Below are positions 1-7,534 of a stretch of DNA of 34,463 nucleotides, one piece after another. The notes beneath the pieces are model-generated. The model was not told the DNA's origin. It saw only the letters and a program-made list of their open reading frames with translations, and searched no databases. The DNA is taken from positions 1 to 34,463 of the IMG/VR virus record IMGVR_UViG_3300045988_043822. One strand, written 5' to 3'. The stretch is from a virus. A program made the position numbers and the translations under genes. Each line of letters opens with the position of its first letter. Within the stretch, counting starts at the first letter, position 1.

Positions 1-55
1 GGCTCTGTACTGTTTGCTTTCGGCGAGGAAAACGACTTGGCCTTAATGGCTAGCG
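1..55. repeat. Terminal redundancy; bases 1-55 are identical to 34409-34463 (circular-contig overlap)
   Basis: Both ends read GGCTCTGTACTGTTTGCTTTCGGCGAGGAAAACGACTTGGCCTTAATGGCTAGCG. The repeat lies inside a CDS whose frame continues across the junction. Confidence 0.95.
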
Positions 56-87
56 GTATCGAAGGTAAATACATACAATTAAAATAG
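1..87 (+). CDS. 3' end of the DNA N6-adenine methyltransferase gene that opens at 34013 (gene spans the circular junction)
   Basis: Frame 1 reads GSVLFAFGEENDLALMASGIEGKYIQLK then TAG at 85-87. It is in frame with the ORF starting at 34013 because 34409 is equivalent to position 1. Confidence 0.8.
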   Translation, partial: GSVLFAFGEENDLALMASGIEGKYIQLK

Positions 88-118
88 GTTAAAGAGTAAA
101 CCTTTTGAATTACTCAAC

Positions 119-145
119 GTTATTACAGTATAAACCAATTAAAAA
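119..145 (+). promoter_or_regulatory. Conserved 27-nt leader motif GTTATTACAGTATAAACCAATTAAAAA, copy 1
   Basis: Exact copies at 119-145, 31677-31703 and 31994-32020, each 9-10 nt before an ATG. This copy is preceded by a weak hairpin (AGGTT 86-90 / AACCT 99-103) followed by TTTTG. Confidence 0.6.
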
Positions 146-154
146 CAAAAAGTT

Positions 155-409
155 ATGGCAAGAATTAGTATCCAAGAAACAAAAGCGGATGTAGAAAAAT
201 GTATCATGTTGTGGTTGTCCCTGTACACAGGTGCGATGGATTTAAAGGAAGACGCTAAACAAACAAAGCTAGAGGTCATGACAGACCTTGCGAAAGAGAT
301 AGAAAGAGATGTAAAATACTTGTGCAGGCGAATGAATGTAAGCCTTCCTACCGAAACGGACGTAAAAAGTTTAGCGGCGCATTATAAAAAATTTATTTAC
401 AAAAACTAA
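155..409 (+). CDS. Hypothetical small early protein (84 aa)
   Basis: ATG ORF directly behind the conserved 27-nt motif. No recognisable domain. Confidence 0.7.
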   Translation: MARISIQETKADVEKCIMLWLSLYTGAMDLKEDAKQTKLEVMTDLAKEIERDVKYLCRRMNVSLPTETDVKSLAAHYKKFIYKN

Positions 410-416
410 GAAAATC

Positions 417-599
417 ATGGTAGAATATATACAATTAGAAATGAAGTGCCAAGGTAAGAAAACAGAAGTAAAGATCAACGGCCGCAGAATAAAATCATAT
501 TCAGATTATGAGGAGGTTTTAAAAACCATTGATAAGAAAGCACTAAGCACTTTGTATAATCAGCTTTCTATGATCGAAGGAATACTTTGCAGCTATTAA
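417..599 (+). CDS. Hypothetical small protein (60 aa)
   Basis: ATG ORF 7 nt after the previous stop, same strand, tightly packed. Confidence 0.55.
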   Translation: MVEYIQLEMKCQGKKTEVKINGRRIKSYSDYEEVLKTIDKKALSTLYNQLSMIEGILCSY

Positions 600-604
600 A
601 AAAT

Positions 605-626
605 ATGGGGGTGTAACAGCCCCCAC
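605..626 (+). other. GC hairpin element ATGGGGGTGTAACAGCCCCCAC, copy 1 (copy 2 at 25262-25283)
   Basis: G5/C5 stem with a GTAACA-type loop. The A-rich flanks are also conserved between the two copies. There is no T-run on the + strand. Confidence 0.6.
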
Positions 627-640
627 TAAAACTAAAAGAT

Positions 641-1192
641 ATGATAACATTTGAAGAAGCAAAAGAACTATTCATTTATAACCGAGAGACTGGTGTTATT
701 AAATGGAGAAAAAGATTAAGTAATAGCCCTAGGCAAAGGGCAGACCTTGTGGCCGGGTACACTATAGGTAATGGTTACACACAGATTGGTTTTAAGGGTA
801 AACGATATTATGCGCACCGCATAGCGATGTTACTGGCATATGGCTTTTGTAGTGACGAACTTGAAATAGACCATATCAACCATATTAGAGATGATAATCG
901 GTTATCAAACCTAAGGTTTGTTACTAGACCGGGCAACTGTAGAAATCTATCTAAACGTAGTGATAGCACCTCAGGGGTGACAGGCGTGTCCTATTGCAAG
1001 GACAGAAGAAAATATACGGCACGAATTAAGGTAGATGGCGTGTACATTTTTCTAGGTAGATTTGTTTCTTTAGAAGAAGCCATTGAAGCACGGAAAGCGG
1101 CGGATATAAAATATAATCATAATACCAATCACGGAAATAATAAAATTAAAGAATATGTTAGAGCGAAAACAAATGTACGATTATCAAAATAG
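641..1192 (+). CDS. Free-standing HNH-AP2 homing endonuclease
   Basis: HNH_3-type motif EIDHINHIRDDNRLSNLRFVTRPGNCRN. AP2-like domain GVTGVSYCKDRRKYTARIKVDGVYIFLGRFVSLEEAIEARKAA. Paralog of 26393-26888. Confidence 0.85.
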   Translation: MITFEEAKELFIYNRETGVIKWRKRLSNSPRQRADLVAGYTIGNGYTQIGFKGKRYYAHRIAMLLAYGFCSDELEIDHINHIRDDNRLSNLRFVTRPGNCRNLSKRSDSTSGVTGVSYCKDRRKYTARIKVDGVYIFLGRFVSLEEAIEARKAADIKYNHNTNHGNNKIKEYVRAKTNVRLSK

Positions 1193-2552
1193 GGCGGTTG
1201 CTATGATCGAGTCCGAACCTTACTGCGCACTGTTCTTATCGTGCGGATTAGGCAAGACCGTTACAACGTTGACCGCTATCGCTGACTTGCTTGAAGGCTG
1301 TGTCATATCTAAAGTTTTGGTAATCGCGCCAAAAAGGGTAACGCAAGTTACTTGGCGCGATGAGATCAACAACTGGAATCACTTAAAGGGTCTGCGCTTG
1401 TCAGTTATCGACGGGACCGCGGATCAACGGAGAATGGCCATGCAGGCGGACGCTGATATCTATGCCGTGAGCCGAGACAATGTATGTTGGCTTATACAAG
1501 AATACGGAGGCGTTAGAATACCGTATGATATGATAGTCATCGATGAGCTAACCTCTTTTAAAAACCATGCTTCAAAACGTTTTAAGGCGCTCAAAAAAGT
1601 ACGAAAGTTCATACCACGCGTCGTAGGTTTGACCGGAACGCCGTCGCCAAATGGGCTAATAGACCTTTGGAGCCAAATGTATCTTATCGACGAAGGCCAA
1701 AGGCTAGGAAAGTCGATTGGACGATACCGTGACGAATTCTTTACGGCCGGGCAGCGTAACGGTGATATAATTTTTTCATATGTTCCCAAATCGCCCGCAG
1801 AAGAAACAGAGCAAAAGATAAGCACACGTATATCTGATATCACCTTATCAATGACAGCCGAAGATTATTTAAAGATGCCCGACAAAATTATGATCTATGA
1901 TAACGTGGAGATGGATGAGAAAGACTATAAACGTTATAAGGAATTCGAGCGAGAGCGCATTCTCGAATTGATAGACAGTGATGAGCCGTTATCTGCGGCA
2001 AGCGCAGCAGCGTTAAGCAACAAACTGCAACAGTTCGCAAACGGTGCGGTCTATGATTCAGAACGGAACGTTATGCAGGTGCACGACATGAAGATCGAGA
2101 AACTGAAAGAACTTGTAGAGGCAGCAAACGGGAACCCGGTACTGGTTGCATACTCATTCAAACATGACCTAGATAAGATAACCGAGGCATTGAAGGAGTA
2201 CAAGCCCGTCAAGTTACAGACACCAGCGGATATGCAGAGATGGAACGAGGGAAAGATACAAGTTCTGATAACTCATCCAGCATCAGCAGGGCACGGGCTT
2301 AACTTGCAGAAAGGCGGTAATATTATCATTTGGTACGGCAACACATGGTCACTGGAATTGTACTTACAGTTCAACGCTAGACTGTACAGACAGGGCCAAA
2401 AGAAGCCCGTGTACATCCACCACATCGTAACGAAAGGCACGGTAGATGAAAAGATAATACGTTCACTGGGTGGCAAGAAAGACACACAGGACGGCCTAAT
2501 GAATTGCATAAAGGAATTAATGGAATATTACTCAAAAACGAAAAAGATATGA
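1155..2552 (+). CDS. SNF2/DEAD-like superfamily 2 helicase
   Basis: Motif I LSCGLGKTVT, motif II VIDELTSF, motif III LTGTPSPNGLIDLW, and C-terminal helicase motifs HPASAGHGLNLQ and NARLYRQGQ. The start may be ATG 1173 (MYDYQ) rather than 1155. Either start overlaps the 3' end of the HNH gene. Confidence 0.9.
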   Translation: MLERKQMYDYQNRAVAMIESEPYCALFLSCGLGKTVTTLTAIADLLEGCVISKVLVIAPKRVTQVTWRDEINNWNHLKGLRLSVIDGTADQRRMAMQADADIYAVSRDNVCWLIQEYGGVRIPYDMIVIDELTSFKNHASKRFKALKKVRKFIPRVVGLTGTPSPNGLIDLWSQMYLIDEGQRLGKSIGRYRDEFFTAGQRNGDIIFSYVPKSPAEETEQKISTRISDITLSMTAEDYLKMPDKIMIYDNVEMDEKDYKRYKEFERERILELIDSDEPLSAASAAALSNKLQQFANGAVYDSERNVMQVHDMKIEKLKELVEAANGNPVLVAYSFKHDLDKITEALKEYKPVKLQTPADMQRWNEGKIQVLITHPASAGHGLNLQKGGNIIIWYGNTWSLELYLQFNARLYRQGQKKPVYIHHIVTKGTVDEKIIRSLGGKKDTQDGLMNCIKELMEYYSKTKKI

Positions 2553-2706
2553 TAAGATTTATTCATTTAGGTGTTGTGTACGAAACACATTGTACCAACT
2601 ACCAGCAGTACGCGCAGGGCGAGATCAGTCAGCTATGTTTGTTATACCGTAGCTTTACGATCAAGAAATATGAATTTAGTGATAGACAATATAATTATAA
2701 AATGGT

Positions 2707-3156
2707 ATGAGAAATTTATTGATAGACGAAAACGGCACTATGTATTGGGCCGGAACAAAAGATTATTACGATCTTAAATTGGGCAGACGTAGGAAGGCTA
2801 GCATACTTCCTACATTGGAGCAAACGGATAAGGCAAGTGTCCCGAGAGAGGAATGGAAAAACAGGGAATACGTAGATTTCATTTGCGACACGGGTGCCAA
2901 CAGCCGTAAATACAACAAAGCAAAGGCGAAAAGAGGTGGCCGAACGGTAAATGCCTACGGATATTTGCAGGAGTTGCGCGAAAACTATTGGAACGTAGCT
3001 GCGCACATAGGAGGGCACACGTACATTATACCGATAGAGGATGCCATCGAATACACTTTAGGGCTGGTAGGCTGTTACGAGTTAGCCATAAGATTTGCCG
3101 GCCGTGCGAGATGCGCAGATCATTTAGGAGTTACTAATTATTTAATTATAGAATAG
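2707..3156 (+). CDS. Hypothetical protein, tandem paralog 1 of 2
   Basis: Shares MRxLLIDENGxMY, EEWxNREYxDFxC, GGRxVxAYxYLQ, AAHI and LGxTNYLI with 3158-3598. Confidence 0.75.
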   Translation: MRNLLIDENGTMYWAGTKDYYDLKLGRRRKASILPTLEQTDKASVPREEWKNREYVDFICDTGANSRKYNKAKAKRGGRTVNAYGYLQELRENYWNVAAHIGGHTYIIPIEDAIEYTLGLVGCYELAIRFAGRARCADHLGVTNYLIIE

Positions 3157-3157
3157 T

Positions 3158-3598
3158 ATGAGAACATTATTGATAGACGAAAATGGAATTATGTATCGGG
3201 CTTCATTGCTCGATATTAGAGATTTAAGGGCAGGGATCAGAAAGCCATCAACCGTGCTGCCTAGTTTGGAACGTGTAGAGATGCCGAGCGTCTCTACTGA
3301 GGAATGGAATAGGCGGGAGTATTTGGATTTCTTGTGCTGTGTCCCTACCAATGAACGGAAACATGGGGCAAAGAAAGTAAGGAAGGGTGGAAGAGTTGTA
3401 AGCGCCTACCGTTACTTACAACCGTTGATGCTCTTTCAGAAAGAGGTGGCAGCGCACATAGACGATAAATTGTATTTGATCCCTATGGCTGATGCGCTAG
3501 GTTACACCTTGTGTCTAGAGAGCAAAGATGAGGTGAAGAGTTCGGCAGTGGGAAGGCTGGACAATTTAGGTATTACTAATTATTTAATAGTTGTTTGA
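3158..3598 (+). CDS. Hypothetical protein, tandem paralog 2 of 2
   Basis: Starts 1 nt after the stop of the previous gene. Same conserved blocks as 2707-3156. Confidence 0.75.
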   Translation: MRTLLIDENGIMYRASLLDIRDLRAGIRKPSTVLPSLERVEMPSVSTEEWNRREYLDFLCCVPTNERKHGAKKVRKGGRVVSAYRYLQPLMLFQKEVAAHIDDKLYLIPMADALGYTLCLESKDEVKSSAVGRLDNLGITNYLIVV

Positions 3599-3599
3599 T

Positions 3600-3998
3600 A
3601 TGATAAGTTTTGTGGATATATGTAACGCATTCAATGTGCACGCTTTTATAGTTTGGGAGTTCCTTCGTAGATACGATCATTTAAGGGGCGTATCAAAAGA
3701 CAAATGGGGGCGCGGTTATGTACGTACGCCCGAGTGTGATAAATGGTTGGACAAGTTCTCTGGGTATCTGGTTTTTCAAGAATACAGTTACAAACAGGAG
3801 ATCAACAAAGGGCAATACACGTACAGGGACCCAGAGCGATTCCAGCGGGAGAAGGAGAGCGAAACGGATGTTCCTAAGGTTTATGGTGCAAAAGATGATC
3901 TTATAACTAGGACAGATCATTATACGGACGGTTCCAAATCGGTTAAGTACTGGGACACCAAGGAATGTGTGTGGAAGTATCAAAATGTAAGCAGCTAG
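3600..3998 (+). CDS. Hypothetical protein (132 aa from ATG 3600)
   Basis: The ORF track opens at TTG 3591. The first ATG is at 3600, 1 nt after the upstream TGA. The stop TAG lies inside the 33-bp tandem repeat. Confidence 0.65.
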   Translation: MISFVDICNAFNVHAFIVWEFLRRYDHLRGVSKDKWGRGYVRTPECDKWLDKFSGYLVFQEYSYKQEINKGQYTYRDPERFQREKESETDVPKVYGAKDDLITRTDHYTDGSKSVKYWDTKECVWKYQNVSS

Positions 3999-4056
3999 TC
4001 GAAAGAAAATAATCAAAATGATAGCAGCTAATCGAAAGAAAATAATCAAAATGACA
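3991..4056 (+). repeat. 33-bp tandem duplication (2 units, 2 mismatches)
   Basis: GCAGCTAGTCGAAAGAAAATAATCAAAATGATA at 3991-4023 and GCAGCTAATCGAAAGAAAATAATCAAAATGACA at 4024-4056. Confidence 0.9.
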
Positions 4057-4096
4057 CAAGGTGATCGCCTGTTCATTGTCATTTTGATTATTTTCT
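4037..4096 (+). terminator. Long perfect stem-loop at the end of the early/replication arc (putative terminator)
   Basis: AGAAAATAATCAAAATGAC (4037-4055) is the exact reverse complement of GTCATTTTGATTATTTTCT (4078-4096), with a 22-nt loop. It is followed by the T-rich GTTTCTTG. Confidence 0.5.
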
Positions 4097-4197
4097 GTTT
4101 CTTGTCGGGGTTGTCAAATCTTTTCAAGTCGTGAAAAATGACGGAACAAGGTATATGTTAATGAACTAAAACGTGGTTTAACGTATGTGAACAAGGT

Positions 4198-4504
4198 GTT
4201 CCAGATGTTCCAGCACTAAAATAATGTCGGAACACCATTTGGAACACCTCAAACCCCCATGAATACTAGGTTTTCTTATACTGTTCTATATGTTCTTACA
4301 TTATATATAATATAATATATAAAAAAGAATATATACAGTAGCATACAGTAAAAGGGGGTATATACAGTATTCTATTAAAAATCATTTTATAACAACCTAT
4401 ATAGGAAAATATGTGGAACGCTGAACAGTGTCGGAACACTTGGGGGGCCAAACCTCTGTGTTTGAGATGATTAGCCGCTCCAACACCTGTTCCGACACCT
4501 TTTT
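4198..4504 (+). repeat. Structured non-coding element, copy A (paralog of 21287-21593)
   Basis: Aligns end to end with copy B. GTTCC-type motifs sit at 4198, 4207, 4225-4233 (TGTCGGAAC), 4238, 4412, 4429-4437 (TGTCGGAAC), 4477 and 4489-4497 (GTTCCGACA). It has an AT-rich core and the palindrome CCTATATAGG at 4396-4405. Confidence 0.9.
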
Positions 4505-4564
4505 GTCATAGTTTATTACCAAATTAGGTGGTTTTCGAGGATTGTTTGCAGGAACTCAACTAGA

Positions 4565-4596
4565 TTGGTATGTGCTGATGAACTTCTATATCTTTG
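4565..4596 (+). promoter_or_regulatory. Bacteroidota-type promoter for the packaging/virion arc
   Basis: TTG at 4565-4567, a 21-nt spacer, then TATCTTTG (TAnnTTTG) at 4589-4596. It lies about 60 nt upstream of ATG 4659. Confidence 0.6.
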
Positions 4597-4658
4597 CATC
4601 TAACAAGACCGAGCGCGCACACACGTGCGGGCGTTCATTACTTAATAACAATAAAACG

Positions 4659-5261
4659 ATGGCAGCAGATACAAAGAAAGGAATTACTAAAGGGATGGCA
4701 ACCAAGAAAACAGCCAAACAGAAAACAGATATCAAGGAGTGCACCGAGTTGATCCAGTGCTTGAATACTAGAGGCGTCCGAGGCGCGAAACTCGAAAGCC
4801 TAGAGGACTGCATAGACTACCTAACCGAATACGTTGAGTGGTGCCGGGCTAACCCCCTAATGGCTAACGAGGTGTTGAAAGGAGGACAGGCAGCAGGAAC
4901 ACTGGTACCCGTCCCCAAACTTCGTGCTTTGAGCGTAGGGGCGTTTTGCTTGTTCATCGGGTGGAGTATAAAGGACTTCAACAAGAATGCCGAGAAACTC
5001 CTTAAACTAGCCGAGGACGGCAACGAGGAAGCCGAGGTACTTTCACTGGGGTATTCACTGATTAAGGAAACGATTACAACCGATATGGACGAGAGCGCAC
5101 TTAGTGGTTTGGTTGATGCTAACTACATGGCCAAGCTAAGAGGCTTACGAGACTTGAAGGACGTAACCAGCAATGGAAAGGAAGCAGGCACAAAGGCAAT
5201 GCAGGTAAATGTGTTGTCCGAGGATGCAGTGAACAACCTTAAGAAGCTGGGAGCAATTTAA
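4659..5261 (+). CDS. terS: Putative terminase small subunit
   Basis: Sits immediately upstream of terL. The N-terminus is basic. The segment LEDCIDYLTEYVEWCRANPLM...LSVGAFCLFIGWSIKDF resembles gp3-type small terminases. The ORF track start at 4542 is TTG and lies upstream of the promoter, so the gene is trimmed to ATG 4659. Confidence 0.5.
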   Translation: MAADTKKGITKGMATKKTAKQKTDIKECTELIQCLNTRGVRGAKLESLEDCIDYLTEYVEWCRANPLMANEVLKGGQAAGTLVPVPKLRALSVGAFCLFIGWSIKDFNKNAEKLLKLAEDGNEEAEVLSLGYSLIKETITTDMDESALSGLVDANYMAKLRGLRDLKDVTSNGKEAGTKAMQVNVLSEDAVNNLKKLGAI

Positions 5262-5298
5262 TAATTTAACTAAAACAAGAAAAAATGGCAAAAATACT

Positions 5299-6456
5299 AT
5301 GAACGTAACATTTACTTTTGAAAAGCTACTAGATGCCTTCGTTAACCCTCGATACCGTGGGATAGCTTCCAAGGGCGGCACTAGATCGGGTAAGACGTGG
5401 GCAGTGTTGCAGATGCTGCACATACTGGCAAAGACGAACCCTAACCCGTTAGTCATCTCCTGTGTGGCGGCTACGTTCCCTATGGTTAAACGTGGTATGC
5501 TTCGAGACTTCAAAGCCATGGTAGCAGCCGAGGGTGACTGGGACGAGAGCCGTTTTAATAAGACGGAAAGCACCTATGAGTACGAGAGCGGCACGATCGT
5601 TGAGTTCTTCTCCTGTGATAATGCAGGTAAGGTTCATGGCCCTGCACGTGATATACTGTTTATCAATGAAGCACAGGGCATACCTAGGGAGATTTACCGA
5701 CAGCTGGATATACGTACCCGAAAGAAAGTGATCATTGACTTTAACCCCGTTCGTAAGTTTTGGGGTGAAACAGAGTTTGCAGGCGATCGGTACGTAACCA
5801 TACACTCGACATATCTAGATAACCCGTACTTGACACCCGAACAAGTGCACGCGATTGAAAAGAACAAAGGCGACAAGAACTGGTGGCGTGTCTACGGTGA
5901 GGGTATGACAGGTGGCGTAGAAGGTAACGTTTACCCCGAATACGAAGTTATAGACGAGATGCCGGAAGTGTACACAGGTAGATGCCTAGGGCTTGACTTC
6001 GGTTTTGCCAATGACCCCACGGCCATAGTAGATATACGCTTTGAAGGTTACAATCTGTTTCTTGACTTGCTGATGTACGAAACAGGGCTAACCAACCCAC
6101 AGATAGGAGACTACCTTACAGGACAAGCAATCAACCGTATAGTCACGGTGTGCGATAGTGCAGAACAAAAGAGTATAGTGGAACTACAACGCGCCAAGGT
6201 TAAGGCAACGCCAGCTATAAAGGGCAAGGGTTCTATCGCTTCGGGCATTCAACAGGTTAAGACATTCAAACTACACGTAACCAAACGTAGTACGCACATG
6301 ATGGACGAACTGGACAACTACAAATGGGTGAAAGACGAACTTAACGACACCTATACAAACGTTCCTATCGACGCTTGGAACCATAGTTTGGACGCTATGC
6401 GCTACGGAGTTGACTACTTGTTAAGAAAATACAGACCTAAAGCATTTATGCAATGA
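5299..6456 (+). CDS. terL: Terminase large subunit (PBSX / Terminase_3-like)
   Basis: Walker A GGTRSGKTWA, Walker B DILFINEAQ, and nuclease-domain acidic residues in GLDFGFANDPTAIV, CDSAEQKS and LDAMRYG. Confidence 0.9.
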   Translation: MNVTFTFEKLLDAFVNPRYRGIASKGGTRSGKTWAVLQMLHILAKTNPNPLVISCVAATFPMVKRGMLRDFKAMVAAEGDWDESRFNKTESTYEYESGTIVEFFSCDNAGKVHGPARDILFINEAQGIPREIYRQLDIRTRKKVIIDFNPVRKFWGETEFAGDRYVTIHSTYLDNPYLTPEQVHAIEKNKGDKNWWRVYGEGMTGGVEGNVYPEYEVIDEMPEVYTGRCLGLDFGFANDPTAIVDIRFEGYNLFLDLLMYETGLTNPQIGDYLTGQAINRIVTVCDSAEQKSIVELQRAKVKATPAIKGKGSIASGIQQVKTFKLHVTKRSTHMMDELDNYKWVKDELNDTYTNVPIDAWNHSLDAMRYGVDYLLRKYRPKAFMQ

Positions 6457-7043
6457 AAAAATATACAATGAAAGTTAAGATGTGGTTCAGTACGATTAAA
6501 AACATACTGATCCTCAAACGGATAGCCAACCTACGTACAGACGCTAGACTATCCATGACACAGGACGAACAAAGGTTGCTAACCGCACTGGTAGAAAAGC
6601 TAGAGCCAAGCAACCTAATAACAAGGAACGGTAAGATAACGTATAAAGCACCTACCTTAGAGGACGTTACGCTATGGGATATGCTGGAAACACGTAGGGC
6701 GGATGGCAGCGTAGAACGTATTCACGCGTGGACTGGTGGAAAGTATTCACCCGATACCGTTACCGACTGTATCAAGTTGGACAAGTATATACTAGAGCGA
6801 CTTAAAGACGCTGACAGCCTAGAGGAGATGATCTTTAACCAGCCTAAGGGGATGGAAGAGAGCGAAAGCGATCCGATCAGAGAAGCCAAAGCCCTGTTAG
6901 GTTTGGTTCAAGTCACCTCTGAACTGTTCCAATGTTCTTTTGACGAGGCAAAGAAGGTGAATTACACGGATGCCATGCTAGCGATGAGCAAGCGCATGGA
7001 GGAGATAGAGAAAGAGAAAGCTAAAATTAAAAACATGAAGTAA
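6453..7043 (+). CDS. Hypothetical protein (virion module)
   Basis: ATGA overlap with the terL stop. In-frame alternative ATGs at 6468 and 6480. Confidence 0.65.
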   Translation: MKKYTMKVKMWFSTIKNILILKRIANLRTDARLSMTQDEQRLLTALVEKLEPSNLITRNGKITYKAPTLEDVTLWDMLETRRADGSVERIHAWTGGKYSPDTVTDCIKLDKYILERLKDADSLEEMIFNQPKGMEESESDPIREAKALLGLVQVTSELFQCSFDEAKKVNYTDAMLAMSKRMEEIEKEKAKIKNMK

Positions 7044-7453
7044 TGACTTTTGAAACAATTCTTAACACAGTTAGCGAGCAGGCCGATATTATCGGTATGC
7101 CGCTTGTTTTCGGCGATACGAACGTGCAGAACGTAGCAGCCAACAATCTAAGCGTTGACTTCTTTACGCTCGATATAGCAGGCGGTACGGTGGGCGTTAC
7201 CACATACGCCAGTGACCCACAATATACGGTGGTTATTCGGTGTATGGGCACTAGCCACTATCTACGCAATGATGCAGAAGAGATAGCCACTCTTATACGT
7301 ACCGATCTAGGAATACGGTCTATGTTGCAGGCGGTTGTATGTAAGTTGGAAGTAACCACGATGCGAATAACCAAACTACAAAACGAGTACGACAGCATCA
7401 AGTCGGGATGGCAAGTCACGTTTGATGTGATAGACAGTGCTCTAATAGACTAG
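7043..7453 (+). CDS. Hypothetical protein (virion module)
   Basis: TAATG overlap with the previous stop. 136 aa. Confidence 0.65.
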   Translation: MTFETILNTVSEQADIIGMPLVFGDTNVQNVAANNLSVDFFTLDIAGGTVGVTTYASDPQYTVVIRCMGTSHYLRNDAEEIATLIRTDLGIRSMLQAVVCKLEVTTMRITKLQNEYDSIKSGWQVTFDVIDSALID

Positions 7454-7459
7454 TCACGG

Positions 7460-7491
7460 TTTGGTTTAGAGTAGCCAATACCCTATATTTG
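7460..7491 (+). promoter_or_regulatory. Canonical Bacteroidota promoter inside the virion arc
   Basis: TTTG at 7460-7463, a 20-nt spacer, then TATATTTG at 7484-7491. Confidence 0.65.
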
Positions 7492-7534
7492 CAAAGTGGG
7501 AACAAAACAAACCAAAGCACCCACTTTAGCAAAT

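Noticed and set aside
1-55. The 55-bp end repeat as genuine direct terminal repeats or a cos region.
   Set aside because: The overlap is exact, lies inside a continuous CDS, and has the length of a common assembler k-mer. It is more simply explained as an overlap left by circular-contig assembly. True termini cannot be inferred from this sequence alone.
2504-2777. Two + strand ORFs, 2504-2710 and 2571-2777, in and around the 2553-2706 intergenic gap, together with a TATGTTTG box at 2634-2641.
   Set aside because: The ORFs overlap the helicase 3' end or the start of gene 2707 in other frames, and they overlap each other. Neither has a convincing start context. The -7-like box lacks a -33 TTG and the GTTAAC element, so it is only a weak promoter candidate.
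3991-4056. Possible mini-CRISPR array.
   Set aside because: There are only two directly abutting 33-bp units with no spacers between them, and no cas genes. It is a simple tandem duplication.
3693-4127. A 144-aa minus-strand ORF with the repeated peptide IILIIFFRLAA.
   Set aside because: The peptide repeat is just the translation of the 33-bp tandem DNA repeat and the 19-bp stem. The ORF is antisense to gene 3600-3998 and to the terminator hairpin.
4259-4315. A conserved micro-ORF inside elements A and B: MNTRFSYTVLYVLTLYII at 4259-4315 and MNTRFLYTVLDVLTFYI at 21347-21400.
   Set aside because: Between the copies I count one synonymous and three non-synonymous changes plus a different stop position. 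So there is no sign of purifying selection on the peptide. The conservation is equally explained at the DNA or RNA level. It is worth checking by ribosome profiling only.
4542-4658. N-terminal extensions given by the ORF track at 3591, 4542, 7496, 14062, 19186, 21983, 24646, 31675 and 32677.
   Set aside because: They start at non-ATG codons and/or lie upstream of or within the predicted -7 promoter box, a hairpin, or the conserved leader motif. Each has an in-frame ATG with an A-rich leader further downstream, which I used instead.
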